Shown one piece after another: positions 11,660-23,944 of a stretch of 64,000 nt of DNA. A program made the translations under genes and the position numbers. The notes under the pieces are model-generated. The model saw nothing but the letters and a program-made list of their open reading frames with translations, had not been told where the DNA came from and searched no databases. The first letter of the stretch is position 1. Each line of letters opens with the position of its first letter. Source of the stretch: Vicugna vicugna (taxonomy: Eukaryota); assembly GCA_013265495.1 (NCBI GenBank), contig MU058781.1, positions 5,998,118 through 6,062,117 on the forward strand, written 5' to 3'.

Positions 11660-12079
11660 AAGACAGAAATTTATTCTTTCCACAGTTTTTGAAGTCTGTT
11701 CATCTGACATCAAGATGTTAGCAGGGCCGTGCTCCTTCTGAAGGCTCTGGGGAGAATCCTTCCTGTGTTTCCCAGCTTCTGCTGGTTTCCGGCCATCCTC
11801 AGCCTTCCCTGGCTTGTAGCTGCACCACCCCAGTATCTGTCCTTGTTGCCAGATGGCCTTCTTCCCTCTGGGTGCATCTGGGTGTCTCCAAATCCCTCTC
11901 TCCTTAAACGGACCCCAGTCGTTGGAGTTAGTGCCCACCTTAATCGGGTATGGCCTCATCTAAATCTGATTGCATCTGCAAAGACCATCTTCCCAAATAA
12001 GGTCACCGTCACAGGTACTGGGGGGATGGGTAGGACTTGAACGTATCTTTTTCTGGGGACACAATTCAACTCACAGCAC
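11660..12079 (-). mobile_element. MLT1C-type LTR
   Basis: 'cagaaatttattct..cagggccgtgctccttctgaaggctctggggagaatccttcc..ggggacacaattcaactcacagca'. Confidence 0.9.
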
Positions 12080-12229
12080 TTGTTATAGATATGAAACCGC
12101 TTCTTTTCCTCCGTCCTCTTTCTCCTGTTCTATGTAAGGACTGCGGGTGGTGGTTTGAGTCTCTCCTTCTTATTAAACCAGCCAAGCTAGCTACAGGTCT
12201 GTCTGTAAAATGAAGACATGGCTTTGGAA

Positions 12230-13523
12230 GTTTTTACTGACATGTCTTCAAGCTCACTGATTCTTTCCACAGCCACATCTAGTTTACTGATGAGCTCATC
12301 AAAGACAGTCTTCATTTTGGTTACAGTATTTTAAATTTCTAGCATTTCCTTTGGGTTCGTTCTTAGAGTTTTGATCTCTCTGCTTACATTACCTATCTGG
12401 TCTTGCATGTGGTCTATTTTTTTCATTAGAACCCTTAGCACATTAATCAAAGTTATTTTAAAATTCCTGGTCTGACCATTCTCAAATCTCTGTCGTATCT
12501 GAGTCTGGTTCTGATGTTTGCTTTATCCCTTCAGAACATGGTTTTGTTTTTTTTTTTTTTGCCTCTTACTCTGCCTTGTACTTTTTTGCTGAAAGCTAGG
12601 CATGATGTATGGAGTAAAAAGGATGGCAGTAGGTGGACTTTAATATGAGGTTTTATGTTTATCTGGCTGGGAGTTAGGGTGTGTTTTCTCTTTTTTTTTC
12701 AGTTGTGGTGTCAGAGGCTGAAGTTTCCTCTGATGCCCTTATTTTTGTCTCCCTTGGTGTCTTTGGGTTTTACTTAAACAGCGTGTGAGGTTTGCAGTTC
12801 TCTTCACTGCAATCCCCGGTGACTGTACAGGAGCCCTGGCTGATGGGGCAGTGAGGTGAGCGGGGAGGGAACGTGTCCTACAGCTCTGTCATTAGGTCTC
12901 GGGCTTTCAGAGCCCGAGTCGGGTATTTCCCTTCCCCCACGTCAAAGGCTGAGGAGGCTGGAGTTGGGTATTTCCCTTCCCCGGCTTGGTTGTGCTCTGG
13001 TAAATCCCCAGTCAGTTACACTTGGTTAAACAGTTTCCCTTGAGAGCAGGCTTTACTGAGGAAACAGAATACTCTGGGCATATCTCAGCATGTTTACTTT
13101 TCCCCCTACCCCTGCTAGAAGCGGGGGGGGGGGGATTTTTCTCCCATTTTTACAGTGAGAACCTGGTAGGACCCCTGGAGGTAAAACTCAGAAAAGTGCA
13201 GGGAACCCCTAAGCCTAGGCTCCTAGAAATTTTTAAACTCTTGATCTAGAACACACTGAGCCTCTGGTACTTTACCAATTACAGTTTTCAGTGCTCCTAC
13301 GGACACTGGCTCCAGGCATGGGCTTCTGTTCCACATAAACTGTGATTCATTGTATCTGCCTATCTGTCTCTCCACTTTGGGGCAGCAGTTTCCTCTGTGA
13401 CCTCTAGTCTCCGATGGATCTAAGAAGAGTCACTGAATTTCAGTTTGTTCAGCTTTTTTCCTATTGTGAGGATGGAAGTGACAACTTCCAAGCTCTTCAG
13501 AGATTGGACTGGAAACTGAAAGT
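12230..13523 (-). mobile_element. Old L1 (L1M4/L1MD-type) 5' UTR plus ORF1 N-terminal part
   Basis: Reverse strand reads ISELEDMS (ORF1 coiled-coil-like) at about 12240-12265; repeated 'gggtatttcccttcccc'; terminal 'acttccaagctctt..ggaaactgaaagt'. Confidence 0.75.
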
Positions 13524-13539
13524 TCAAGTACAACTTTCT

Positions 13540-13870
13540 AAGTTTATTTTAGAAAATCTGAAAAATACAGAAAATTCTTAAGGAGAATATAAAAATCATC
13601 AAGAATTCCACTACCCACTGATAATCACTGTTAAATTATAGATGTATATTATTTCTATGCCTATAATGTGTATGTATTTAATATACGTAAAATAGCTTTT
13701 CATAGAATTATGCTATACTATCCTTACTTTCATAAGCTTATTTACCAACAAAATAATATGTTATGTATTTCCTCGTGTCAGCAGTTGTTCTTACTTTTAG
13801 TTGTTTATTAGTTGCAAATATTGCAAAATATTTGGTCATATGAGCATATCATTATTTATTTTGCTTATTA
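13540..13870 (-). mobile_element. L1ME-type 3' fragment
   Basis: 'agaaaatctgaaaaatacagaaa..aattccactacccactgataatcactgttaa'. Confidence 0.6.
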
Positions 13871-13879
13871 AATTGGGGG

Positions 13880-14078
13880 TAACATAGCAGAGAGGTTAAG
13901 GTCATAAATCCTAGGATTAAATTGCCTGGCTCCAACCCCAGTCTTTCTACTTACTAACTACGTGGGCAAAATATTTATCTTCTTTAAATCTCAGTTTTCT
14001 CACCTGTTAAATAGGGTCAATAATCTTTATTGTTGTGAGGATTTGGCAGGATGATAAAAAGTATTAGAACAATCACTT
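13880..14078 (+). mobile_element. MIR SINE
   Basis: 'gcagagaggttaag..ctacttactaact..tctcagttttctcacctgttaaataggg..gttgtgaggatt'. Confidence 0.8.
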
Positions 14079-14117
14079 ATTCAAAGATTTATTACATTTC
14101 ATTGGCAAAATTAATTT

Positions 14118-14245
14118 TGTGGGTTTTTTATGGGGGAGGGGGTAATTAGGTTTATTTAAGTATTTAATAGAGGTACTGGGAATTGAACTCAGGACATCAT
14201 GCATGTTAAGCATACACTCTACCACTGAGCTATACCCTCCTCCCT
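14118..14245 (-). mobile_element. Vic-1-like tRNA-derived SINE (camelid)
   Basis: Reverse strand 'gggtatagctcagtggtagagtgtatgcttaacatgcatgatgtcctgagttcaattcccagtacctc' has A and B boxes; TSD aaaattaattt at 14107-14117 and 14247-14257. Confidence 0.85.
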
Positions 14246-14994
14246 AAAAATTAATTTAAAAATAATCTATTTTGCATCTTGTTTGGTTACAAGAATGCAA
14301 AATATTTTAACATATGCTACAATGCACTTGCCCTGCAGTGATTTTCCGGGAGGCAGTGATTTTCTGTTGTGGTGTATTAGCTGGCTTGTCAGCTTTGGTT
14401 GCTTCCCCATCTCATTTTATGAACAAGGATATGCTCTGTCTCCTACTTACGGGAAAACTCAGTCCTGAAGATTCGCTAAACAAAAGACATCAGAGGCCTG
14501 AAAGCACATGCCTTGTACCTGATACTATGAATAGTGTGGTGGAGAAATGCTGGTTCTTTCACAGCTGGAATGCTAATTCAGAGATCCAACTCAAACTCTG
14601 TTGCGTTATTATTGCATCATTTCCATTTTAAGGTTAATAATTTTTTTGCAAACAAACAAGCTTGCCCAAAATGTTAAACTCAACAAACAAACAAAAAACA
14701 AAAGAAAAAGATACACAAGGCAAGCAAAACCCTAAACAAACAATAACTACAAACTCTCTCAAAACTATTTTTTCTTAAAAGCTCATAGTTTCTTTGGATC
14801 ATTTAAATGTTCTCATGTCATTAATTTCTCTCTGCCGTACAAAGTCTATAGACATGGAGAATCGTTTTCTTTGTGGGTTTTATTTACTGGGCCTTTCTGA
14901 TGTTCACTCATCTTTCCTGAGCATTACTTTTCTGTATAGCACAGGTTATCAGTGTCTATAAGCATAAAAGAAACCAGTGTCCCTTGGGACCCAC

Positions 14995-15730
14995 CAGCCT
15001 AACCAAAATCTGAATCTTTTTTTCATATCCCCCCCCTCTCTGTCACCTCCAACATCTAACTAGCTGCCAAATTCGTATGGGCTCTTCTTCTTCTGTAATG
15101 TCTCTCAGATGCATCCCTCCTGGTACCATCCTAACACAGACCCTCATCACTTGCTACCTGGCCTGTTATAATTATCTCCAGGCTATTCTTCTGGCCTCCA
15201 GATTTTCCCTGTTCAAAACCTCTCCCCACAACATTTTGACCTCCCCAAATAAATCCGATCATGGAACTCTTCTGGTAAAAGATGGAGCCCAAATGCTTTT
15301 ATGTATCATTCAAAGCCCACTCACCTTATTCACATTTTCCAGACACATCTTGTGGCAATTCTTCCCCTTCCTGACTCACCATCCTTCCAATCCCCTGCTT
15401 TCCAGACTACTCTGCCTCACACTCCAGCCCTATCATCTTTCTCTACTTCATCCTTCAGGGCCTGGTTCAGATGTCACCTCCTCCAGGAAGCCTTCTCCCC
15501 TTCTTTCCTTTTCAGACAGAATTAATTGCGCCACCCTTTGTGTTTTCTCAGTAGGCTTCACATACGATACTCTGCTTGGTACCGTATTACAGGGCAGATG
15601 TGCATGTGCTGTATCCCCTGCTGGGTTTGAGCTCTAAAGGCAGGGACCACACTGGTTTTTATCTTAGTAACTCCCCTTTACTTCCCAAACCCAAGTAAAC
15701 AGTATGTGCTAAGTAAAGCTGTTTGAGTAT
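14995..15730 (+). mobile_element. L2 LINE
   Basis: 'gaccctcatcacttgctacctggcct', 'aaatccgatcatg', 'ttcagatgtcacctcctccaggaagccttc', 'ggcagggacc'; explains ORF 15077-15637. Confidence 0.85.
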
Positions 15731-15974
15731 TTTGCATTCATTCGAGCCCATTGGGAGATGCTGTATATTCTTGAAGGTAAACACAGAACTAACTTGGGAA
15801 TTTAATGCTTATTATTGTTATTGTTATCATTAAGTTTCTGGGAGCTTCAGGGATTGAAAATTGTGTTTCATTGGGGCAGGACCAACTAACTATTGCCAGC
15901 TACTCTTACTTGCTTGCAAATGGCAATTCTTTTGCTTGAGGCTACAGATAGGCACATTAAAGAAAGAAAATGCT

Positions 15975-16120
15975 GGACTGGAAGGGTCCCCAGACGCAAG
16001 TTGGCTTCAATACTCTTATTTTACAGATGAGGAAACTGAGATCTGGAGAGGTTAATGAGCTTGGCCAACTTGAATGGAGGCAGGAAATCGAATCAAGATC
16101 TCATTTCCATTCAGAGAAGT
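15975..16120 (-). mobile_element. MIR fragment
   Basis: 'ttattttacagatgaggaaactgagatctggagaggttaa'. Confidence 0.75.
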
Positions 16121-18734
16121 TTTCATTAAATCAGAGCTTTAAAAAACAAAAGCTGTGATTAAGATTTCTGCTAATTCAAATTAGTCTTTTCCCCAGTTAA
16201 GCTGAATTAAGGAGCTATAGTTGTAGCCAATTTTTTTAACTTCTGCAATTTTTATTAGAAAAGGATGACCTACAAATGTTAAGCTGAATATGGATCTTAT
16301 TATCTTTTCTCACCACTTATTATAATCAGAGGATGCTGGTGAAGTAAGGTGCCCCCCGAACTTGACAATATCAGCTTAACAACACTAAGAATGCATATGT
16401 AACTGGGACCAACCATGGGAGTCTTAGGAAGGAAGATCTAAAAACCCATCAAGACCATTTGAAACAATTTGGTTATCATTTTAGGGATTTGAGAGTAGAA
16501 TATGATTTTACCAAGCTGATCAGTTGTATTATACCATAGAGGGTGGCTTGCTTAGGGTCTCTAAAAGGGAAAGTTAAAGGGTAAGAATTGTTTTTGTCTA
16601 GTATTATCTGAGGCCTGAGCCACTGGCATCGTGATCCCTACAGAAGGGAACTCTAGGGTAAGGCAAGGACGGTTCATTCACCAGGCTTTCTCATGTCCTA
16701 AGTAAAGTTCTCTAAAGGATATCCAGTTGCCCCTTTTGTTTTGATTCTGTGCGTCCCAAACAACCTTCTGGTTCCAAATGGACTTTTCTGATATTGCAAA
16801 GGATACGATCTAGTTGATAAACTTTAAATTTTTAGCCATAAGAAAGAAGCAGCCTCTATTACAAACTTTTAAATTGATCTTACAGTTTATGCATCAGGCT
16901 CTTATGAGGTTAGTTAATGAGAACCAGACCTCCTGAATCTGGATACACTGGAAAAAAATCAAATGTCCAGATCTGCAAAGTTGAAGACCAGATTTGAGAA
17001 TGTCTTGATTACTGATGGAAATTTCCACCAACTGGGTAGTCAGTGGTAGTTTCATGTCTCCTCTCTCTAACTTCAACCATAGATGAGTACTATATTTTAA
17101 GTTGAAACAAGTCACTAAAAACTGGTAAGGGCGGTATTGTGTTGGGAGATGTATTGGTAGTGTTCCCAATACCCACTTGCATTTTAGATAGAAATTAACA
17201 TATTCTGCTGTTCTCTCTTCCTTCCTCCCTGGGACCCAAATTTGAAGTTGATTCCGAGTGTACCATGAATGAGTTGAGAAGCACAGAGAAAATTGATGTT
17301 CTTAGCCATTGTGAACAGGAAGAGAGAGCATGGAGGTCTTTGAACAAACACCTCTGGTTATAGACTGCATCCATGCTTCCCAGGGTCCTTAACAATATTG
17401 TTTGCAATATGTTGTGACAGGACCAAAGGTGGAGAAGCGCTGGTAACCAATCTTAACACATGAGAGAAGGGAAAGCACCAGTACCCTATGGTTAGTGGCC
17501 TGCCTGCAGCAATTCCTGAAGAAACAGGGCAGATGGTACCATTTTTCTCTTGAATTCCTACTGGCCCAGGGCCCGAAACTCTAGGTTGGGCCTTTATGCT
17601 GCTCCTACCTCCTACTGCAAGAGTGTCTGTGTTTAGCTTAGTTTTCCAACATCATTAATGAAACCACTACTGCCAGGGAAGGAAAAGCTATGAGAGCCAA
17701 ATCATATTTTTCCCACCAGGAACCACAGATCCCTGAGTCTATCAACTTTGCAAAAGAGCTCGTGGTGTGTCACATGCCAAGAAGGCCTGGGCACATTTGT
17801 TCCTCGGCACACATACCAAAGACCACTAGACAAAATGATTCCAGCGTAGGCTTCTCTGGGGCTATCTTCGGGTTTTCATTACTTTTTTTTTTTTGCAAAA
17901 ATAGGATTAAATAAATAGAAATAAATGAAACCTCCTGGGTATTCAAATATGTTATGCAAATTCCACCATGTTTTATTAGACAGAATCAATGTCTGTGGCT
18001 GAGGCACCCAGGTTTATTCCAAGAACTAAATAGGCCTGGAAAAAAGCCATCATTGGGGCAAAAATTAGACTATGACCCACCATGTAGAAAATTCTCCCTT
18101 GAAAAGGGTTCGCTTTTCAAATTTTTTTTTTAGCTCTCCATAAATAGAGCCTTATGAGGAGAATTTCCAGAAGCCTTTGGTGAAAGTACAGGAATAAATT
18201 AGGACTAGATACCCTAACACTGGATAATCATGAAACATTAAAAAGATATCTTTTTTTTTCCAGGAAATTTTTTTATCACTTTCTAATTTGGATTATGTAT
18301 CACCATTATCTATCTATACTAAATGCTATAAGTATTTTATTTCATATGCAATTTACAGTATGTACAGTATAGTCTGCTTTATGTGTAGCATAGAATTATA
18401 GCGATGGTTCTCTTTTTTAATACGATCAGAGTTATGTGCCTCCTGCTACTTCCACTGTTTTAGCCCAGAGTGGAAACATATCCACTCACACACAGATCAC
18501 CTTCTCTCCAAATTATCAGAAATGTTTACTCAATGTGATATACAACTATTGGGAGCAATTTGAAATGAGGCACACTTGAAAAAAGACTGCAAAGGCTCCA
18601 TGTTTTCATCACCTTTCTAAGGCTCTTGGATGCAGAACTGTAGTAAAATCAGGGGGAAAAAAGAAAAGGAATGAAAAGCACTGAAGTTCTGCAAAAGATT
18701 ATGCAACCGGCACAGAGGAACGACCATCTGAAGT

Positions 18735-18810
18735 TAGAATCCAATGTCACCTTCACGTTCAAGGTCCCCGTTTATCCCACATGTGACTTTGGACAATTGG
18801 TTAAAATTCT
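18735..18810 (+). mobile_element. MIR 5' half (split by the L1 insertion)
   Basis: 'tgtgactttggacaattggttaa'; continues at 19501. Confidence 0.55.
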
Positions 18811-19410
18811 CTTATATGTGGAAACTTAAAAAAAAAACACAAATGAACCTATTTACAAACCAGAAATAGACTCACAGACATAGAAAACGAACTATGGTTA
18901 CCAAAGGGGAATGAGGTTGGGGGGAGGGATAAATTATGAGTCTGGGATTAACATATACACACTACTGTATGTAAAACAGACAAACAACAAGGACCTACCG
19001 TATAACACAGGGAACTATAGTCAATATCTTGTAATAAGCTATAGTCAAAAAGAATCTGAAAAAGAATATATATGTATATGTAAAAAAATAATGTATGCGA
19101 AATGAACTTATTTACAAAAGAGAGACAGACTCACAGACAGAAAACAAACTTTTGGTTTGGGAAGAAAGTGGGGTGGGGGGGATAAATTGGGAGTTTGAGA
19201 TTTGCAGATACTGACTACTATATATAAAACTGATTAACAACAAGGTCCTACTGTATAGCACAGGGAGCTATATTCAATACCTAGTAATAGCTTATAATGA
19301 AAAAGAATATGAAAAGGAATGTATATATATATGTATTCTGAATCACTCTGCTGTACACCAGAAATTAACACAGCACTGCAAACCAACTTATACTTCAATT
19401 AAAAACAAAG
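18811..19410 (+). mobile_element. Two tandem artiodactyl-type L1 3' UTR fragments (about 18811-19090 and 19100-19410)
   Basis: 'aaatgaacYtatttacaaa..gactcacagac' occurs twice; second copy ends 'tacttcaattaaaa'. Confidence 0.9.
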
Positions 19411-19500
19411 AAACAGAATGTATGGGAAAAGCAGCAATGAAGAGATCTGTAAGGCAATTAAGAAAAGTACTAGGTTATTAAAAAAATTATTTTAAAAAAC

Positions 19501-19620
19501 CTCTCTGAGCACCATTTTCCTCATGAGCAACACAGGATTAAAAGTTCCCTCCTGTCTCACAGGGTTATTGTGAGACTTAAATATATGAGTGTTATCAAGG
19601 TCCTTTATAAACTGTGACTA
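19501..19620 (+). mobile_element. MIR 3' half
   Basis: 'ctctctgagcaccattttcctcat..ctcacagggttattgtgagacttaaat'. Confidence 0.75.
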
Positions 19621-20686
19621 GAAGGCATTATTTAACATTAAAAAAATGAAAATCAACTCTACAGTTTATTGAACATCTACTAAGTGCCAGGCATTGTACC
19701 AGGTGTTTTTGTTTTGCACAACAAACCCAGGAGTTAAGCATGGTTATAAACGTGTGAGGACAGAGCTGTCACTCACACTGCCCAAGCCTTTTTTCCCCTT
19801 CTGATCCTGATTCCCCTTCCAATCCTCAAATCTTGGCTCCGGGGTTGCTGGGTTGCTGGGAATAAACACCAGGCGCCTTGCACTTTACTTTCTCGCCTCT
19901 GCTCTGTAGTGTTGTGCACGCAGCAGCTTGGCACAGCCCTGGGGTGAAAAAGTTGTAACCTTTACCTTTTTGCTCCCACTCCTCCCAACTGTGCCAGATG
20001 ATGGAACTAGACTGTGGCCTTTTTGTGAAACCACAGTAAAACCTGAAATGATGACACAGTCCTGGCAGTTCTGGTGACTTCTTATGTTGCAAGTCCTCTG
20101 GGTGCCCTCAAATTCTCGTTCTCCCACCTGGCCCTTCTCTGCAGGTGACTTTCTTCTTGCAGAGCCTGCTCCTAACCTGTCAGTACAGGGCTTGCTTTTA
20201 GCTCATGTTCTGAAATATTTATATTCTAACCACCACCTCTGAATGTGGGGTAGAGCTTGTTCTTGGTGTCCTCCTGTCCATATCAATTGGATCAAAGGGA
20301 GATCCATCTGGAACCCACTTAGAGTCCTTCCAGATGGTAAGCTTGCTTCCAGATGGTATATTTAGTAGGAGAGAAAGAAATCACTGAACATAAACATCAT
20401 AGCACCAGGGAAGGCCCCATGACCTTATTTCTTTCAGGATTCTTCAGGGGGGGCTTGGAATGAATTTGCCTTCCGTAGATTTTTCATAGGAAATGTTTCC
20501 TCTGCCTGAATCTCAGGCTGAAATTAGGGGCCTTTGGAGAATGATGGTGTTATTTATAGCCAAACACTGACCATCCACAACCACAATTATGGATTGTGGC
20601 TTGATTCTTCTTAGTTTAAAAGTTGAGATGAATTTAAAAAGCTGTCATCAAATTCCTCAAGGAGTTTGGGGACCTTCATTGTCAAA

Positions 20687-20700
20687 GTGCCATCTACTGG
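20687..20700 (-). promoter_or_regulatory. CTCF core motif
   Basis: Reverse strand CCAGTAGATGGCAC fits CCASYAGRKGGCRS; motif only. Confidence 0.45.
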
Positions 20701-21024
20701 ATGCATGCTAATATTTGGTTAATCCTGAAAAGCAGAAGACTTACAGCCAACCTGAACTGCCCCCAGTGTATCGTCATCTTTAAAAAAAGGATCATTTCTG
20801 CTCGCAAGATGAGTGACCCTCAATAGTGATCACAGGGTTGTGTCTCAGAGAGGCAACTTGGTGGGCTCTCCTCTGAACAAGGGGTGGACACTGGACATTT
20901 GGAACCTGGGCTCCTAAGCAAGCAGTTCTAAAAAGGACACACACTAAGTCCCTCTGCTGCCTCCCTTGTAAATGCACTTTGCTCCAGGCTTGCCAACACA
21001 TGGCCTTGTGTGGTCTGGAAACTT

Positions 21025-21140
21025 CCATTCATTCAAGAAACAAATATTCATTCATTCATTCACTCACTCACTTTGCTGAGGACCTATTGTGTGGCAGGCC
21101 CTGGGCTTGCTGCTGGGGACACAGGATGGTGACAGTAAGC
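21025..21140 (-). mobile_element. L2 3' tail
   Basis: (CATT)n followed by 'tgaggacctattgtgtggcaggccctgggc..ctggggacaca'. Confidence 0.7.
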
Positions 21141-22809
21141 AAATTGCTAGTAGAGTCTGGGTCATCTCTGCTGTCACTGGCCAGATAACTATCCTATTCT
21201 GATTCTTGGCTGAACTTCTTGGTAGCGCGCAGTGGTCTACCCCCTCGGTGCCCCTTCTTCCCCGGCACACATCCCTGGGGCAGTTGGAGTTGCTGGGTGG
21301 AACTGCACCTCTGCCCTGAACTTGCCCTTGCTCCCTGTGAACCCCAGTCCAGTCAACACGGGAGTCCCTGAGGGGCAACCCCACCTGACCCAACAGACTA
21401 CGTGATCTTGCTCACGGCCCCAGCTTTCAACCCAGGAAGGGAAGGTCTGACCTCGACTAAAGTCCTTATGAACCTGGACCCGCATACAGGCTAGGAAGCC
21501 AGGCAAACTTGCCTGTTTTTTTCTCCTAGCCAGTCGGTCGGAGATGGCAGACATTTCTACACAGCCCAGCTGCCAACTGCCCTGTGGTCAGGGTGCAGGA
21601 GTGACAAGTGACAGGTTCCCATGTACTTACCCACCCTCCCTCCTGAAAGGCCATAAACTTAGTCCTCAGCATTCCTGTGGATTTTAATTGCAGTTTGGGG
21701 GCCCACAACCCTTAAGAAATCAGAATTCGTAAATCTGAAATTGTGGTGATTGAGATCGGCCTGAGGTTTACATTTGCCAAATCTATTAAAAGAATTCCTT
21801 TATGTTATTCTTTTTCCACCCAGCTAAAAACAACCACACCCCCAAGACCAGGTGGGGGTCAGAGACTGCAGATTAAAGTTTACATTAATTAAGAGAATAA
21901 ACAGTTTTTGAGCACCCTGGAACTCTCTAGAAACACCTATTCAGATACAAGCAATTGCACGTAATTTTTATCTGTTTCTAAGCAAACATCTCATAGGAAC
22001 ATTGGGTTATTTTAGGCCCACCTTTTAATTTCTGAAAGAGCTGGATTTGATGGACTGATTGCAATGAAGTCCGACTCTAATTGAGATGGGCTTCTGCCCC
22101 ATGATTATGAAATTGATGAGATTGTACTGAAGTCACAGAGAATCAGTTAGAAGGTGCTTTGAGGTCATTTAGCCTCCAGGCAGAGCTGTTCCTAAAACTA
22201 TTTTAGACCTATAGTAGCAGATACCGTTATCCTGTATCTGTATAATCATTACTGTTGAATGATGCCACCCTACATCGATCATGTTTTATTTTTGCAAAGT
22301 GCTTTAACCCTCACTTTAATTATACTGGAGACAATCCTAAATGATTACTTCTTGCTCTCCAGTAGGGAGGCCGAGGCACAGTGAGGACCTCTCACTGGCT
22401 TCATGCCTCTGAATCTGCTCCTTGTTAGCTAGGAATAGAACACTCGCCTCTCATAATCCAGCTCGTTGTGAAAAGCCAGCCCCAGATTCCCACTGTCTGA
22501 ATTGCCTGTTCCAGGAAGCCTCAGCATGTGCCTCTGCTCTCTTGTTTAAACCCTTGGGGGTGTATTTTCTAGCTTCCAGATGATGCCCCGGTTCACAAAG
22601 TATTAAGAACACCACCACCCCCAGCAGATGTGGAAACCACCAGGTCGGAGAAGGGGAAGAGAAGGAAGTTCAGTAAAGGTGGGAGGGGAGTGAGGAGCCC
22701 TGCCTCTCAGGCCCCTTCCTTCCTAGGCATCAGCTGTCCACTCAGAACCAGGGCAAGGTGGTCCTTAGCAATGACTTCATCAGGATCTAGGTGCTGGTCC
22801 AGGAATCAT

Positions 22810-22980
22810 CAAGCTAATTTTTGCTGAGTGCTTGTTAAATAGGCAACACGCTGAGCAACCTCCTGCTTCATCTTTACATCAGCCATGGAAGTCAGGACTA
22901 TTGCTGCTTCCGTTTTGTAGACAAGGAACCCAAAGCATAAAGAGAGGAAGTCACGTGTTTGAGCTCAGGGGATCCCTGAG
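22810..22980 (-). mobile_element. MIR fragment
   Basis: 'gctaatttttgctgagtgcttg..ccgttttgtagacaaggaaccca'. Confidence 0.55.
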
Positions 22981-23402
22981 CCTCTCTGACCCGAGAGGCA
23001 ACTCAAAACTGAATTGTCTCTCCTGAGAGCTGGGCAGGGGGGTGGTGTGCAGAAGTTTCAGGTCTCATGCTCCTCAGACTTGGGGTTGCCCAGCAATAGG
23101 AGATGCCGGACCATGTTTGACACATCTGAGTCCATGATGGACAATCAGACAAAGTTCTGTGAATGCAGCACTATGGATTGTTGCAGTCTCTATCACCATC
23201 TGTTTTTCTGGTGGAGGTAGTGGGGATGGAGAGGGACATAACACTTATTTGCCAAAGAGCTTGAACTCCTTAGATGGACACAAGGCATCGTTCCTAGAAA
23301 CTCTCTGTCATGTCTATTGGCAGAACTTTGTACATTTCACAGTCTGAATAGGTGAGCCCGAGTCCAGCATTTAAAGGAGTGAAAACCCCTTCTTTCTAGA
23401 GT

Positions 23403-23530
23403 TTTATTCATTCACTCAGAAATCATCAGAATGTGAGCAGCAAGTGTGTAAAGGGCAGGGTGCTGAGCAGCAGGATGTCGAGGAGAACATCAAGGGTTTG
23501 GTCCCTCCCTCCTGGAGTTTACAGCCTCCA
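23403..23530 (-). mobile_element. L2 3' fragment
   Basis: 'ttattcattcactca..ggtccctccctcctggagtttacag'. Confidence 0.55.
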
Positions 23531-23535
23531 TGGGA

Positions 23536-23758
23536 CAAGGGTTAACGAGCTCCAGCTGTGGGCCAAATCTGGCCCGCTGCTTGCTTTTGTAAATGAAGTT
23601 TTATTGGAACACATTCATCCTCACCTTTTCACACACTGTCTGCAGCTGCTTTTGCCCTACAACAGCAGAGCTTAGTACCTGGGACAGAGACCACAGGGCC
23701 TGCAGAGTCTAAAATATTGACCGTCTGTCCTTTTACAGAAAAAGTTTGCCAACCCCTG
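23536..23758 (+). mobile_element. MER58A hAT-Charlie element
   Basis: 'gggccaaatctggcccgctgc..ttttgtaaatgaagttttattggaacac..ttacagaaaaagtttgccaacccctg'. Confidence 0.9.
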
Positions 23759-23944
23759 TCCTAGGAAAACATCTATTTTTCAAGCCTGCCATTTTTTTTC
23801 TTTTGGAGAGAATGTATATTTAATGCCAAACTGGTGATCTGTGAGGGTTCCCTATTACTAGTAAAGTCGCTTCCTACCAAGAAAAACAGTCATCACTAAA
23901 GGACTCAGCCATGCTGAGAAAAATGTAAAATTATAATCACAGAG

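Noticed and set aside
14170..14245. tRNA-like sequence with A and B boxes (also at about 38400 and 39850)
   Set aside because: Heads of SINEs with AT-rich tails and TSDs, not tRNA genes
15077..15637. 186-aa ORF, the longest in the window
   Set aside because: Entirely within an L2 element; not protein-like
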